Shown here: piece after piece, positions 12,521 to 24,899 of the stretch
How the letters are laid out: every line of letters begins with the position of its first letter
Position numbering within the stretch: the stretch's first letter is position 1
Source: Raillietiella orientalis
Lineage: Eukaryota
Direction of reading: 5' to 3'
NCBI GenBank assembly: GCA_036172245.1
Contig: JAYWIR010000019.1
Span: 1,984,001-2,048,000 of the forward strand
Length of the DNA: 64,000 nucleotides
Notes under the pieces: model-generated
What the model saw: only the letters and a program-made list of their open reading frames with translations
Told to the model about the DNA's origin: nothing
The model's database searches: none
Made by a program: the position numbers and the translations under genes

Positions 12521-13249
12521 TGAAATTTCGGCTGCTTCTTCTCTGAAGCGTATCAGCTGCCTTTCATTTTGGATTGTCAGTTGTCGCAGAGATTATTTTC
12601 CGCAGTGCTATAACTGCCATCTGGAAATTGAACGGAGGGAACGCTGGATTCCCAGGAGATCTACCCGACTGAAGTCATCCCAACCCAGCAGAACGCTACA
12701 GCATTATCGAGACATTCTCTGGGTCTCCATGGGCACCGTGGTATCACATGGATAACTTTCAAGAGGAAATGTGGTCCGCCCTTGCGTCCAGGTTTTTTGG
12801 CAGCAACATCAGTCTTGTTCTGTAGAAAGTCTTCCCATGTGGGAATGCCTTCTTCCACGTTTTGTAGGCTCCGCCTGGAGCCTCTTCTTCCGAGCGCAGC
12901 TGCTCGTTCTGCCGCTGGGAAAAAAGGCACACACAAAAAAACGCTGATGCGACAGAACCACGAGCCACAAGGGGAAGGTTCCCTTTCAGCACATACCTCT
13001 TAGGTGCGTGCAGCTTTGAGCCTTCCTTCCTATGCCCCCTTCCTAAAAATGGTTCTCGCGAAAACCAGCGTAGAAGCGACCACAGTTGCCGCGGAAAGCA
13101 CCACGAACTGGCTATGGGGGTGACAAAAAGGCAGTTCAGTACAGACGAGCAGACATATACGACACCATTCTTTTCAATGCATGGTAGCTTGAAAACGAAC
13201 AACTAAATCCCGAATGCGGGCGGAGCAAGCATCACACGAGCATCGGAGA

Positions 13250-13900
13250 TTCTGCGGGTGTGCGATTCGAGCAGGGTTTGCCGGAACTACAGAGGGGGTT
13301 TCCTACCGAGGAGGCGGTCGCGGAGGACTCCATCTGCTTGCGGACGACTACAACCTCCCGAGGAACAAAGCTCTGGCCATCGAGGTGTGCGCCTCAGTGC
13401 ATTCTGCAAACTGGCTGGCCAGCGAACCTGGGATCGAAAGACCGCCGGACCACTTCTTCCTCGATGAGTACCTGGTCTCCCAAGCAGGGAGGAGGGGATG
13501 AGTGCTGTCTGCTCTTTCCGACCACCCCAGGCCGGAGTTTGAGTTTCTCTCGCCCAGCAAGGGGCCTCCGATGAACATCTGGAGGATGCCAGCAGACTGG
13601 CTTAGCCATCCGAAAATGGCGGAGCATCTTCGTGCTCATATAATGGCATTAAAAGAGCTTGGCGATGTTGCTTTCTTGATATTAGTGATGGGATACCACA
13701 AGGTAAAGCACTTTGCAGAATGCAGACAACAATCGATAAGTTTAATTTTAGCATCATCGGTACAAATAAATACGAAGATACAAAAAACTCCGATGTAGTT
13801 ATAATAACCTCTGGTATTGCGAGAAAGCCAGGGATGAACTACCTCTGCGACTTCGCCATCTGTGAACTCTCAAACTGGGACGATCTCAAAAAAGATCGGT
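13250..13900 (+). mobile_element. LINE endonuclease/linker remnant interrupted by a bacterial insert
   Basis: LLADDYN (GDFN-like), PDHFFL (RIDYFF-like), LSDH and IWRM before the insert; NWDDLKK (WDxLK linker motif) after it. Confidence 0.6.
13634..13837 (+). pseudogene. mdh: Wolbachia/Rickettsiales-like malate dehydrogenase fragment (nuclear insertion of bacterial DNA)
   Basis: AT-rich island translating [12 protein letters not shown]/frameshift/[13 protein letters not shown]...[35 protein letters not shown]. This is the N-terminal region of LDH-like alphaproteobacterial MDH; from memory it is closest to Wolbachia. Confidence 0.85.
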
Positions 13901-14299
13901 TCTCGAGTTCTGCGGCCGGTTCCCCTTGCACCTGCTTCCTCGAGGCCTCGAAGAAGGCGTGGCTAACAGCAGAGCTTCTCTGCAGTTCCGCACTTTTTCC
14001 AGGCGTGTGGAACGTCCAGGACCTCCAAAGTGCAAGGCAGGCGCCGAGCGCCAGATCTGAAAATCTGGAACAGCTTGCGTGCTCGACGACCAGGGTCGGG
14101 AATGCTCGGTCCCAGACGACGTACGCTGCAAAGTACAGCGAGGAGGTCACTCCTTGCTGTACTCAGAGATGCCGACGGAAAGCAGTCTCTCTGAGCTTGC
14201 TGTCGACGAGGAGGAACGCTCACATCTCAATGAGCCCTGCGATGGAGGAAATTTCTTTCACCATCGCGGGGCTCAAGAGATGGAAGGAGCCAGGCGAGG

Positions 14300-16200
14300 G
14301 CGGCCAGCCCGCGGAGTTCTCAACAACTCCTCCAGGGCACCGCAGTCCCTCAAACAGTTCGGAGAGTCAGCTCCCCCAGAAACCAGGTGTCTGCACTGAT
14401 TGCACTGGAATCACCAGTGCAGAAGCAACAGCAGAACATCCTGAACATTTCCACCAGAGCGAAGACACGAAGGCATCCTCACACAGGGAAGGGACCAGGA
14501 ATTCTCAAGGGGGTGCACACCGAGCAGGTCTGCACGTCCAGGAACGAAGAGTGGCGGCGTTCGCCAACTCGCTGGTTCTTGCAACCGTTCAGGAGTTTTT
14601 CGACTCTTGCAGTTCACCAGGAGAACTCCCATCCCACCGGTTGGCTACTGTCATTTATTGCCCTGAGGGTAGACAGCTCTGTGGTAAGGGGTGTGACGGT
14701 TATCCAGGACCACTGTTTCCAATCCTGCAGATCTCCCAGTGGTTTCCGTGGGAGATTCTGCAGCGATTCACGGAGTTCCTCTGGGAGCACTTCCAAAGTT
14801 GCAACCTAGGACTAGACAACCTCCTGCCTCCAGGCATTCCAGTTTACAGGGAGGCAGAAGATCCACGGATGGGCTACCAGTATTGAGGACAGATGCCTCA
14901 AAGGGGGTAGCCAAATCCCGTCCTCGGAGTAGTTTGCGCGGCAGCAGCGAAAGAAGTTCTGAGCTTCCAGAGCATCGCCGGAGCACATCCATGGGAGGAC
15001 CACAATTTCCCACACAGGGAGAGACGTTGGAACTGCACCTGTAGCCCGATGTTCTCAATGGTTAAGATATCCGTCCTGGCGCAGAGCCACCAATTCTTTC
15101 AGGCGGATCAGGGACCTTGCAACGCCCTACAAGGCTTTTCGTAGGAGGTGCTACACCCAGATCTTCACCGAATGGGGTGCGGGCAAACAAAAAACAGGGG
15201 GCGGAGGAGGGGAGCAACGGAGGTGTTCCAGATGAAGGCCCTCTCCGGCAAGACGAACTTGCCTTCGAGGAATGAGCTGAGAACCAGCCAACTCAGCCTT
15301 TTGAGGGTAGTCCGACCACGCTTCGGCAGCACCGAAGACTCCCAGCAGAACTCCAAGGTACCTGAAGTACCTGTCAGAGGGGTTCCTCAGGCGGATACAG
15401 TCGGCCTGCTTCTCCCACAACGCACCCGCCGGGAAGACCTTGCTCTTGCTCCTGTTGACGCACAGCTCGCTCCCCAACGAATCAGCTCTAAGAAATCCTC
15501 GAGACTGGACACCAGGGTGGAAATGAAGAGGAGAAGAAGCAGGTCGTCTGCGTAGGCGGCAACGACCGGCGTGCCCAAGTAGGAGCTGGGCCGGTCAGCC
15601 TGGTCAGCCTGTATGCTCTCAGCACCAACTCAAAGATAGGGAAGAGCATGGGGCTTAAGCTGTCGCTCTGCCTGAGGTCTCTGCGCACGGAAATACCGTA
15701 CTATGGCAGCTGCTGAAAGAAATGCAGGTTAGCGCGTGGCGCCAGCAGAAGTGCAGATAGACTAGAAGGTGTTCTGGGAGACCGAGATGTTCCAAGCGTT
15801 CCAAAAGAAGCTCTGGTTGACTCAGTCAACTCCTTGCGGAGATCGACTGCGACCGCCAAGGCACCCGGCGTTCCCTCTTGCTGTCTTCACCTACGCTTGC
15901 CTGCGACAGAGGCTCTTTCTGCTGTCCGGCTTTACTGGGCGACGCAATTCTGCAGCGCGAGCCAGGGGCGTGCCGAAAGGAAGTTCTCATTCATGAGCAG
16001 AAATACGCTCCGGGAACAGCGTAAGTTCGCTCCGGGCTTACCAAAAGCTCGGCCATCCTTCCTAGTCGCGCAACCCACGGCTTCGAAAACAACTTGAAGT
16101 CCCAATCCATTAAGGTGATCGGAAGCCAGTTGTTTAGATGGCGCAAGTCTCCGCCTTTGTCGGAACGGGCTGCAATTTGGAACATCTTCATGCCCCTCTC
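14300..16200 (-). mobile_element. L1/Tx1-clade LINE ORF2 with reverse transcriptase domain, decayed
   Basis: DKGGDLRHLNNWLPITLMDWDFKLFSK...SPERTYAVPG, LRQSDSLSPMLF, AAYADDLLL and RYLGV occur in canonical order, with stops and frameshifts. Confidence 0.9.
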
Positions 16201-16319
16201 CCCTCCTCCGTCTCCTGTTTTTTCTTTGTCCCTTCCCCTACGAGCCGAAACTTCGAGCTCAACTCCTGTTGAGGAACGTCCTCTAAGGACCTGCAAGGTC
16301 CAGGATCCGCCTCAAAGAC

Positions 16320-17875
16320 ATGGCGGCTCCACATCGGGATGCCAGCTTAAGCATCCTGATGCCGGAGAGAATCGATCTCCAAGTGCAGTTCCCAATTCGT
16401 GGCACTTTGTGCCACGCTGTGGACTTCTTCGTTGTGCGCGCCTGCATGCATCATCCAGCGAAGATGCACAGGGAGCTAGGGACTTCTATCGTTGCTGCGG
16501 GGCTGCCAGTACTGGATGTGGGGCTTCGGCTTCCCCTTGAGTCAACCTGCCTCTCTAGTGGAAGCCCAAACATGGATCTCCTGGTGTGCTATGAACTTCA
16601 GTGCCTGAAGGCAGGAGGTTATTTGAGTCCTAAACTGCATTTCAGGAAATGTTCCCTCAAGACCTTTTCCCCCTGCGACATCTGCTGCGGTGCTCTCTGG
16701 AAGCAGTGATGCAGGACGCAGTGAAGGGGCACACCTACCTTCTCAGCATACGCGGACGATCTTCTGCTGCTGTTCCCCATGTCCACCTTAGCATGCGCAC
16801 TTGATTTCCACCCGGGTGCGCCGGGACGTTTGACTCAGAACCAAACATTGGCCGCTACACCTCTTACCGCAGAGCTGTCTGTCCTCAGGGAGAGCGACGG
16901 CAGTAGCTGACCGGCGAGTTGGGAGTTTTCCTGCAACATCTCGGGAAGGACCAAACTCCTGGGCGATTGGAAGACGGAACGAGCTGGTGGATGCTGCCAC
17001 TCCGTGCGCCGTGGCGACGGAACTCTTTCAGCTTAGTGAAAGGTTGGCGTGTTTAGCCCCTGAGGAATTGTGGTCCTTCTCCGTTGCCTGGACACTTCTG
17101 TGTTCCCGCTCTCCTGGAAACAGGCTGCGCTGCTCTTGCTCCATTGAGTATTCCAGTGTAGCGAGCGCCTGCACCCTCGTTTCCGTGATGCTTGCATCCC
17201 CGAACTGTGCCAGGTCGGCGGAGTCGATCCCGCACCTGCTTTTGGACTGCAGTGCTTTCCAGGAACTGTGGTAAAAGCTGGCAACAGCACTCTTGCACCG
17301 GGAGGACACTGCCCGAGATGTGCTGCGACGGTTCTCGCGCTGGAGGACGCTCGATAGGCGCGGTGGTCGCAACCATGGGTTACATCCGTGCCCTCGTCAC
17401 GGCCCACTATGTGCTCGAGACGACCACGCAGCGAAGAGAGGTCATCGGGATGGCAGCCGCCTACTTGAGAACGGCTGCAAGGTGGCCTCACCTGGAAAAA
17501 GAAGTGAAAGAGGAAATCGTTGGCATTTGGCTGCGATTTTGAAAGTTAGGAGCGGCAGACACCAGTGACTCTTGTCCACACCCTCCCTTTATTTTATTTT
17601 ATTTTCTCATTCCCCTTTTCTTTTTTCGCTCCATAACTTTCCCGGTTCTTGTATATTGATCCCGGTAAACAGAGCAAACCCGAAGATTCCTGTCTCAACC
17701 CCCCAGAATTCTTATTTTTTTTTGTAGTCTGTCTCGCCTCTCCCGTTGCGGACTTTCGATATCCTGACCTGCATGTCGGTGGACCCTCCCCTTCAGCTTC
17801 TCTTGTCCTCAGTTGGGAACTAGCGCGTTCCCAGCTGGTTTATTTTTCTAAAATGAACGCCCCGGCGTGACCGGT
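16320..17875 (+). mobile_element. LINE family A 3' half with CCHC finger and 3' UTR
   Basis: PNCARSAESIPHLLLDC zinc-finger motif, ARWPHL C-terminus, T-rich UTR and terminal ccgg-cgtga-ccgg stem-loop. Confidence 0.85.
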
Positions 17876-17880
17876 TGAAA

Positions 17881-18205
17881 AACAGAACCGCATCCAAAAA
17901 AGGTCGCGAGGTTAGACTAGAAAGCTTCATTTCATTCCCGATCACGAGGGTGCTGCTTTATCCCGGTGGCGGATTCCGGAGAGGGCAGGCGATATTCCAG
18001 TCCTCCATCGTGCATCCTCGAATTCGAGACTTTGCCCTCATCTCGTAGGAAAACGGGTTACGAGGATGCATGCGCTGATGTGCCGTTCTTCCCTCATCTC
18101 CGCGGGTCGATCCACGCTGCGAATTCCGCAGTGGGGATCGAACCCACCATCCGTGTCACAGAAAGACGACTGTTCGACCTCAGCCTGCCTACCGGGCGCG
18201 TCTGT
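17881..18205 (-). mobile_element. tRNA-derived SINE-like element
   Basis: B-box GGGTTCGATCCCC on the minus strand at 18133-18145, followed by ggatcgac and ttggatgcgg motifs shared with the other copies. Confidence 0.5.
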
Positions 18206-20692
18206 CAGCAACGTGGGGTACTCGAAGGCGAGCAGCAAGAGTGAAGACATCCAGAAGCTCAATCTCTGCGTTTCGAATTTCCTTAGAGACAGACTGCTGT
18301 ACTTCTCCCTCCCCAGGAAACTGTGAAGTGCTTAAGTGGTGAATCCTTGGAGTGAGGCAAAGGGAAGGTAAGCGACGCCGCCGGCTTCACAGACTGCTTG
18401 TTCACGGGAAGCTTCGAGGGTGCAGATAACATGATATGAAGTGTCGAGATTCCGAGGTGGTGATTCACCATCTCCCCGCGGTCGATGAGCCAAAATACAC
18501 AGCTCTGTGTGCTTTGCACATGACGTGACGCATGGCAGCGGGAGGGAAGGCTGATTCACCACCGCCACGAGATCTCTACGCAAGAATCCCTCCCAGCCCT
18601 GCATGCCTTTCCAAACCCAAGGAAGAAACCGAAGACATGTCGACCGTTCTCCACTTCGAGTCCTCTCCCATTCGAGGGGAGCAGGCTTGCCACGGACTCC
18701 GAGAAGGGCCTTGATCCACAGGGGATGCAACGTTCCGTGCGATCAGCTCCGAGGCGACGCGCGCGCCTTCGTGCGTGGCCACGCCGTGCAGCGCAACCGG
18801 TTGGAAGACGACCGACTACTGCAAACGGCGCAGGGTCACCCGCTTCGATGACCTTCTTCATCGCCATTTTTGCGGCGATCACACTGATGTGGGTGGGTGA
18901 GCATTGGACAAGAAGTCCGATGTATTCCTTATCAGAGTGTCAAACAACTCATTGCACTATTGGTTCACAGGATCAGCAATGACGAAACCTGAAGCACTAG
19001 ATAAACTGGAAAGGTCAGACAGCCTGCAATGGCAGAAAGTGCTCGATCTCTTTGGATGTGTGGAACGGTTCGATGAATTCCCGCGAGCAGAGTTAGCAGT
19101 TTGGTAGCAGCTTCTACCTTTTGCTGAAAGACATGAGATACCAAGCAGTGCGGATTGTCCTCCTGTGGTGTTTTTTGAGTGTGCACACCTGCGCCGAAAC
19201 ACCTGATATCCTCTCATCTAACGAGCGACGGGGACATGCGAGTGCGAACGAGGTAGGCAGATTTCTGGCACGGAAGGTGCCCGCAGTCTTTGCTGTAATT
19301 CGAGCGTCGCACCGGCACTTTACGAGATGGGCACCGCTGCAAGAACGGCGGCGAGTCACGCACCACGGAAGAATTCAGTAGGAGCATCCCGAACCTCGGA
19401 CGGCAGCTGGAAGCAGGAGAATTTGAACCCCGTGGTGAAACCACGACGACGCTGCAGTCTGCGGCTCCATCTTCAATCGCGCAAAGCGGGAACGGGACGG
19501 ATGATCTTCACCCGCAAGACATCGATGGGCGAGAGGACCTCGGTGTGCGTCGGGAACCCGAGTTTAAGGGAAGAAAGGTGTAGGACTGCGTAGGGATGAG
19601 GATCTGCGACCAGGTGAAAGCATCATGCTGAAACGCTGACTTTTTTACGCCGACAGCCCGGTTCACAAGGACAAGCGCCCAACACCCTTACACTATTCTT
19701 CGATCAGCGGACTCCCAATTGTCTTTCGTTGTCGGGAGTGCCTGGAAAGCAGGGAGGGTTCACGGCGTTCACCTCTGCGCTGCTTCAAACGCGAAGCAGT
19801 CTTCTTCTGAAAGAATCACAACTTCAGCGCGTAGGAAACGCCAGGGTTACAAGAGGATGAGGAACCTGGATGCTGCTTGCGCTTTCATCTGGCCAAATCG
19901 AACGTATCCAACTGCTGTGGAAGACGGGAACATGGATGCTTAAGGTTACCTGCCACTCACTGCTCGAAGAAAGTGTGGCTGAAGATTATCTTGTGAAGGC
20001 AGATGACACCCAAGATGTATGGCGTGAATGCGCAAGAAATGAATGCTTGTTGAGGATTTTGGTCAGCAGAATGAGTTCCTGAGGAAGAACAGAGCTTCAT
20101 GAGACGAAGGCATTCGACATAATCCGGATAGAGAGAACAGAGTGGTCGACAAAGACAGATCATTTCGTGCACGCATCCGTGGCAAAGTTTACCCATCTGC
20201 TTACCAGGGATCTGGTCAGGACAGGCATCGAGGCGAAATCGCTTACGTCAGGAACGGTCAAGGAAAATCTTGAGGCGTGGATTTGCTGACTGGAAGGAGA
20301 AGTTTGCTTTTCATGAATCCCATTAAGGAAAAGGAACATCTAAATGAGAAGACCATCGAACTATGCCGCGCCTTCGATGTAAGGTGGTGAGGTCACAACG
20401 AGAAACAAATGCTTAAAGGATACAAGAAAACGAATCTTTGATTTACCTTCCAGTAGCTAAGCAACTGTAGGAAGTCTGATGCTGCGACCACAGTGAGAGT
20501 TTCGATTCGAGGAATGCAAGCAACTGGATGGTCATTCTCTGACCTCACACCATCCAAAGGTAGCTTCACATCGGCCACATGGATGGAAGCGATCCTCGCA
20601 AGTGCAGAATGTTCCCAGGAAGGAAGGGGGCATCCCATCGTCGTAAGCGTACTGGAATCCACGATCACCTTTCTCGTTTTTCGATCTACAAA

Positions 20693-23600
20693 ATGGGATG
20701 CACTGAACCGACAACGCTGCTCACAATCCTTACTTTGGCTGCGCTACCCAGGGGACATTCCGTACATCCGGAAGAGAGCGCACAGAGAAAGATCGAGCAG
20801 TTGAAAATTTTGAAAAGAAGAATCGAATGGCGGGCATTTAGGATACGCACAGAACACCTGTTGACCACTGCAATGATCTTTGTTTTCTTTTTTTCAGGAT
20901 GGGTCACATGGTGGATCGGAGATTCTCGCAGGTACCCTCGCCGCCACAGGTACGCTTTTCAAACGTCTCACTCCACAGGTGGCAGGAAGGACGCGGCGGA
21001 AATGTCCGCGCGGTCTGAGCAGACGGACTTCATAGTGATAAAAGCGAACCCTTCCTCTGACAGCAATCACGAAGAACCAGAAGGGAAGTCCCCCATTGAA
21101 TCGTCTTCGGAAAGGAGGATCGGAAAAGAGTCGCAAGGAAACAAGTAAGCTGACTCATGCGAATCGAACAGAGAACCCCGCATTTTTACACAGGGAAGCA
21201 GCGAACATGGCCAACGGGGCAAAAAAGCCCTTCACCAACAACTCTGGGTCAAGCCTCGTTTATGAGCTTTCCAGAGCTTTCCCCAATTCAAGTTCCTCCA
21301 AGCCAACCACCACCCCCAAGCCAACCACCACCCCCAAGCCAACCACAACCCCCAAGCCAACCACCACCCCCAAGCCAACCACCACCCCCAAGCCAACCAC
21401 AACCCCCAAGCCAACCACAACCCCCAAGCCAACCACAACCCCCAAGCCAACCACAACCCCCAAGCCAACCACAACCCCCAAGCCAACCACAACCCCCAAG
21501 CCAACCACAACCCCCAAGCCAACCACCACCCCCCAGCCAACCACCACCCCCCAGCCAACCACCCCCCACAAGCCAACCACCACCCCCAAGCCAACCACCA
21601 CCTCCAAGCCAACCACCCCCCACAAGCCAACCACCACCTCCAAGCCAACCACCCCCCACAAGCCAACCACCACCCCCCAGCCAACCACCACCCCCCAGCC
21701 AACCACCACCCCCCAGCCAACCACCCCCCACAAGCCAACCACCCCCCACGAGCCAACCACCACCTCCAAGCCAACCACCCCCCACGAGCCAACCACCACC
21801 TCCAAGCCAACCACCACCTTCAAGCCAACCACCCCCCACAAGCCAACCACCACCTCCAAGCCAACCACCACCTCCAAGCCAACCACCCCCCACAAGCCAA
21901 CTACCACCTCCAAGCCAACCACCCCCCACGAGCCAACCACCACCTCCAAGCCAACCACCCCCCACGAGCCAACCACCACCTCCAAGCCAACCACCACCTC
22001 CAAGCCAACCACCACCTCCAAGCCAACCACCACCTCCAAGCCAACCACCACCTCCAAGCCAACCACCCCCCACAAGCCAACCACAACCCCCAAGCCAACC
22101 ACCACCCCCCAGCCAACCACCACCCCCCAGCCAACCACCCCCCAAGCCAACCACCCCCCACCAGCCAACCACCACCTCCAAGCCAACCACCCCCCAAGCC
22201 AACCACCCCCCGAGCCAACCACCCCAAGCCAACCACCACCTCCAAGCCAACCACCCCCCACGAGCCAACCACCACCTCCAACCACCAACCACCACCTCCA
22301 AGCCAACCACCCCCACAAGCCAACCACCACCTCCAAGCCAACCACCACCTCCAAGCCAACCACCCCCACAAGCCAACTACCACCTCCAAGCCAACCACCC
22401 CCCACGAGCCAACCACCACCTCCAAGCCAACCACCCCCCACGAGCCAACCACCACCTCCAAGCCAACCACCACCTCCAAGCCAACCACCACCTCCAACCA
22501 CCACCTCCAAGCCAACCACCCCCCACAAGCCAACCACAACCCCCAAGCCAACCACCACCCCCCAGCCCCCCAGCCACCACCACCAACCACCCCCACAAGC
22601 CAACCACCCCCCACGAGCCAACCACCACCTCCAAGCCAACCACCCCCCACGAGCCAACCACCACCTCCAAGCCAACCACCACCTCCAAGCCAACCACCCC
22701 CCACAAGCCAACCACCACCTCCAAGCCAACCACCACCTCCAAGCCAACCACCCCCCACAAGCCAACTACCACCTCCAAGCCAACCACCCCCCACGAGCCA
22801 ACCACCACCTCCAAGCCAACCACCCCCCACGAGCCAACCACCACCTCCAAGCCAACCACCCCCCACGAGCCAACCACCACCTCCAAGCCAACCACCACCT
22901 CCAAGCCAACCACCACCTCCAAGCCAACCACCACCCACAAGCCAACCACCACCCCCAAGCCAACCACCACCCCCAAGCCAACCACCACCCCCAAGCCAAC
23001 CACCACCTCCAAGCCAACCACCACCTCCAAGCCAACCACCACCCCCAAGCCAACCAGCCAGAAGCCCATAACGAACGCAACCACTGCACACAAAACGACG
23101 GTACCAACCACAACGGTAAATGTCTTTTGCCCATCCAACATTCGGAAGTTTCAGCTGCCTCGCACTCTTTCTCTTCTGGTGCGCATAACCAGAAATACTG
23201 GCTGAAGGGGCTTTCGAATTCGCGCGCGGCACTCTTCGGCCCGCGTCCACGAGGTCTGCTCTCGCGCACGCACCGATGCTCTTCTTCTCCAACACAGTCG
23301 CTCGCTCGCAAAAGCGGAGGTGATCCGTTCTTTCCGGCGCTTCTCTTCCGAAGACACAGCGCAGCAACAGCGAGGGGTGCATCGCGGGGCACGTCATCAG
23401 CATGGAAGCCAAAGTCCCACCGTCCCGTACCGCGCACGCCGAGAATGCGACGTCAGCGCACCAGCGTGCAGCATCCCATACCGGACACCTCATTTGTCCG
23501 CAAGCCTCCTTCAGTCCACGCGTCCGCCGCGAACGAGCCACTTCCTGCCGACCACGGGGATCGCCCGAGACCTGACGGAAGCGCGCCAGCGGCGACACTC

Positions 23601-24186
23601 TTCTCGATTCCCGTTACCTCCCTCGGTATAGCACGGCACAGCCTCCGGACCATCTCGCAGTTGGCTCCGCCTCGTGCGTGGCAAGGGGTGTTTCGAACCA
23701 CAGGGACGCGCGCCGTCACACCGTGGCGAGAAGGACAGGGGCTCCTGGAGACACAACGCGCTGCCGGAGCTGACGAGTCTTCCGGCACACCTTTGTCTGG
23801 CTCGTAGAGCGTCTTCTGCCGGCATCGTGCGTGCGTCCGCACAGGGGCAGTGAGATGAGATGACCGTCGCCACCTCTCGTGGGCCGGAACGCGTGTTGCT
23901 GGACACCTTTCCATCTGCCGCGAGGTCGAGGCAGCGCTGGGACCTGATGCGCTCGCGTCTCACGACCTGTGCCTTCTTCGGCGAAGAGTGGATTTCCGAC
24001 ACGCGACGCGTCGTGCGAAGCTCGCTGTGCGACCGGCGCCAGTGCTTGCCCTGCGCCCCAATAACGTGGCGACTCTTCTTGCAGCACAAAGGAGCGTCCT
24101 CGTCCCTGGTGTTCTCCACTGGAGTGATGCTGCTGTGCTCGTTGCTGGTGCTCGCCAACCCTGCACGCGTGCTGACCACGAGCTGA
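20693..24186 (+). CDS. Mucin-like secreted/GPI-anchored surface glycoprotein, paralog 1 (spliced; net frameshift inside the repeat as assembled)
   Basis: ATG 20693 opens a signal-peptide-like MGCTEPTTLLTILTLAAL. A 49-nt GTAAG..CAG intron (21145-21193) joins in frame to the KPTTTP repeat exon 21194-23115. Phase-0 donor GTAAAT at 23116 and acceptor ttcttgcag at 24084 lead to the last exon HKGASSSLVFSTGVMLLCSLLVLANPARVLTTS*, with AATAAA at 24208. Possible extra introns at 20762-20897 and 20950-20978. Confidence 0.65.
21300..23046 (+). repeat. 18-bp coding minisatellite (AAGCCAACCACCACC(C/T)CC; KPTTTP/KPTTTS/KPTTPH/EPTTTS), roughly 97 units
   Basis: Read directly. Irregular C-run lengths at ~22130-22590. 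Confidence 0.97.
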
Positions 24187-24207
24187 GGTGAAAGATCGAC
24201 GTGCCTG

Positions 24208-24213
24208 AATAAA
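24208..24213 (+). promoter_or_regulatory. Polyadenylation signal of mucin paralog 1 (equivalent at 39268-39273 in paralog 2)
   Basis: AATAAA 21 nt after the predicted stop codon. Confidence 0.6.
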
Positions 24214-24899
24214 GTCCCTTCGAATGCGAGCAACGCGGTCAGATCATTCCTTGCAGCTTCCTTCTCCCGCATGGCTATTCCGGGTTCTCCCTGTGAATCA
24301 AGGGTGGTCAGGTGGACAAACGGTGCACCGTTTTCCGCAGCGACGAATTTGGAGTCTGCGGCGCGCGACGTGCGCAAGGTGCACGAACGCGTGTCTCTGC
24401 GTCGGCCTGCGCGCAATTGGTAAATCTGCGAGGGTTGCGCAGGAGCGTGAAAGGTCAAGCGCATGCGCAGCTGAGGAAAGAGCGCGGCATGTCTTGCCGA
24501 TGTGTTGCTGTTGTCGGGTGGCCTCGTGTGTGGGGAAAGGGGGCACGTTGCGGCTGATTTCTGCAGAGGTGATTGGCGGCTGGGAATAGGGATTGCGGCA
24601 TTGTGGTGTGCAGGTGTCGGTGTTGGGAAGGGCTTGCTGCTTTGCGACTTTCCTGGGAGAGCAAAGAGAGGAAGGGCTGTACGGCGAAGAGGGAGTTGCG
24701 GTGTGCGTGGAATCCCTGGGATACTGTTCCTGTTCTTTTCGAGTTGTGTTTGGAGTGGGAAGATGTGGTCCTCGCCGACTGCATCGCGGCTGGGAATTTC
24801 ATCGTGTGATCGATATGTGGAGAGAACAAGCCCTTTTCTGAGACACACCAGTTTCCGGTTGATCTTCTTTCGACTTTCGAAACAAAGTTTAGTCAAAGT

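Noticed and set aside
13720..14886. 388-aa ORF beginning with MDH-like residues
   Set aside because: Chimera of the mdh insert tail, a LINE linker and the antisense of another LINE; no coherent domain.
14300..17560. Twin-priming 5' inversion of one LINE
   Set aside because: The two opposite-strand parts overlap in homologous content and are diverged, so they are independent insertions.
21232..23598. Long minus-strand ORFs (GGGGWL / VVVGL / WWLA repeats)
   Set aside because: Antisense shadows of a stop-free minisatellite; splice sites and the poly(A) signal favour the plus strand.
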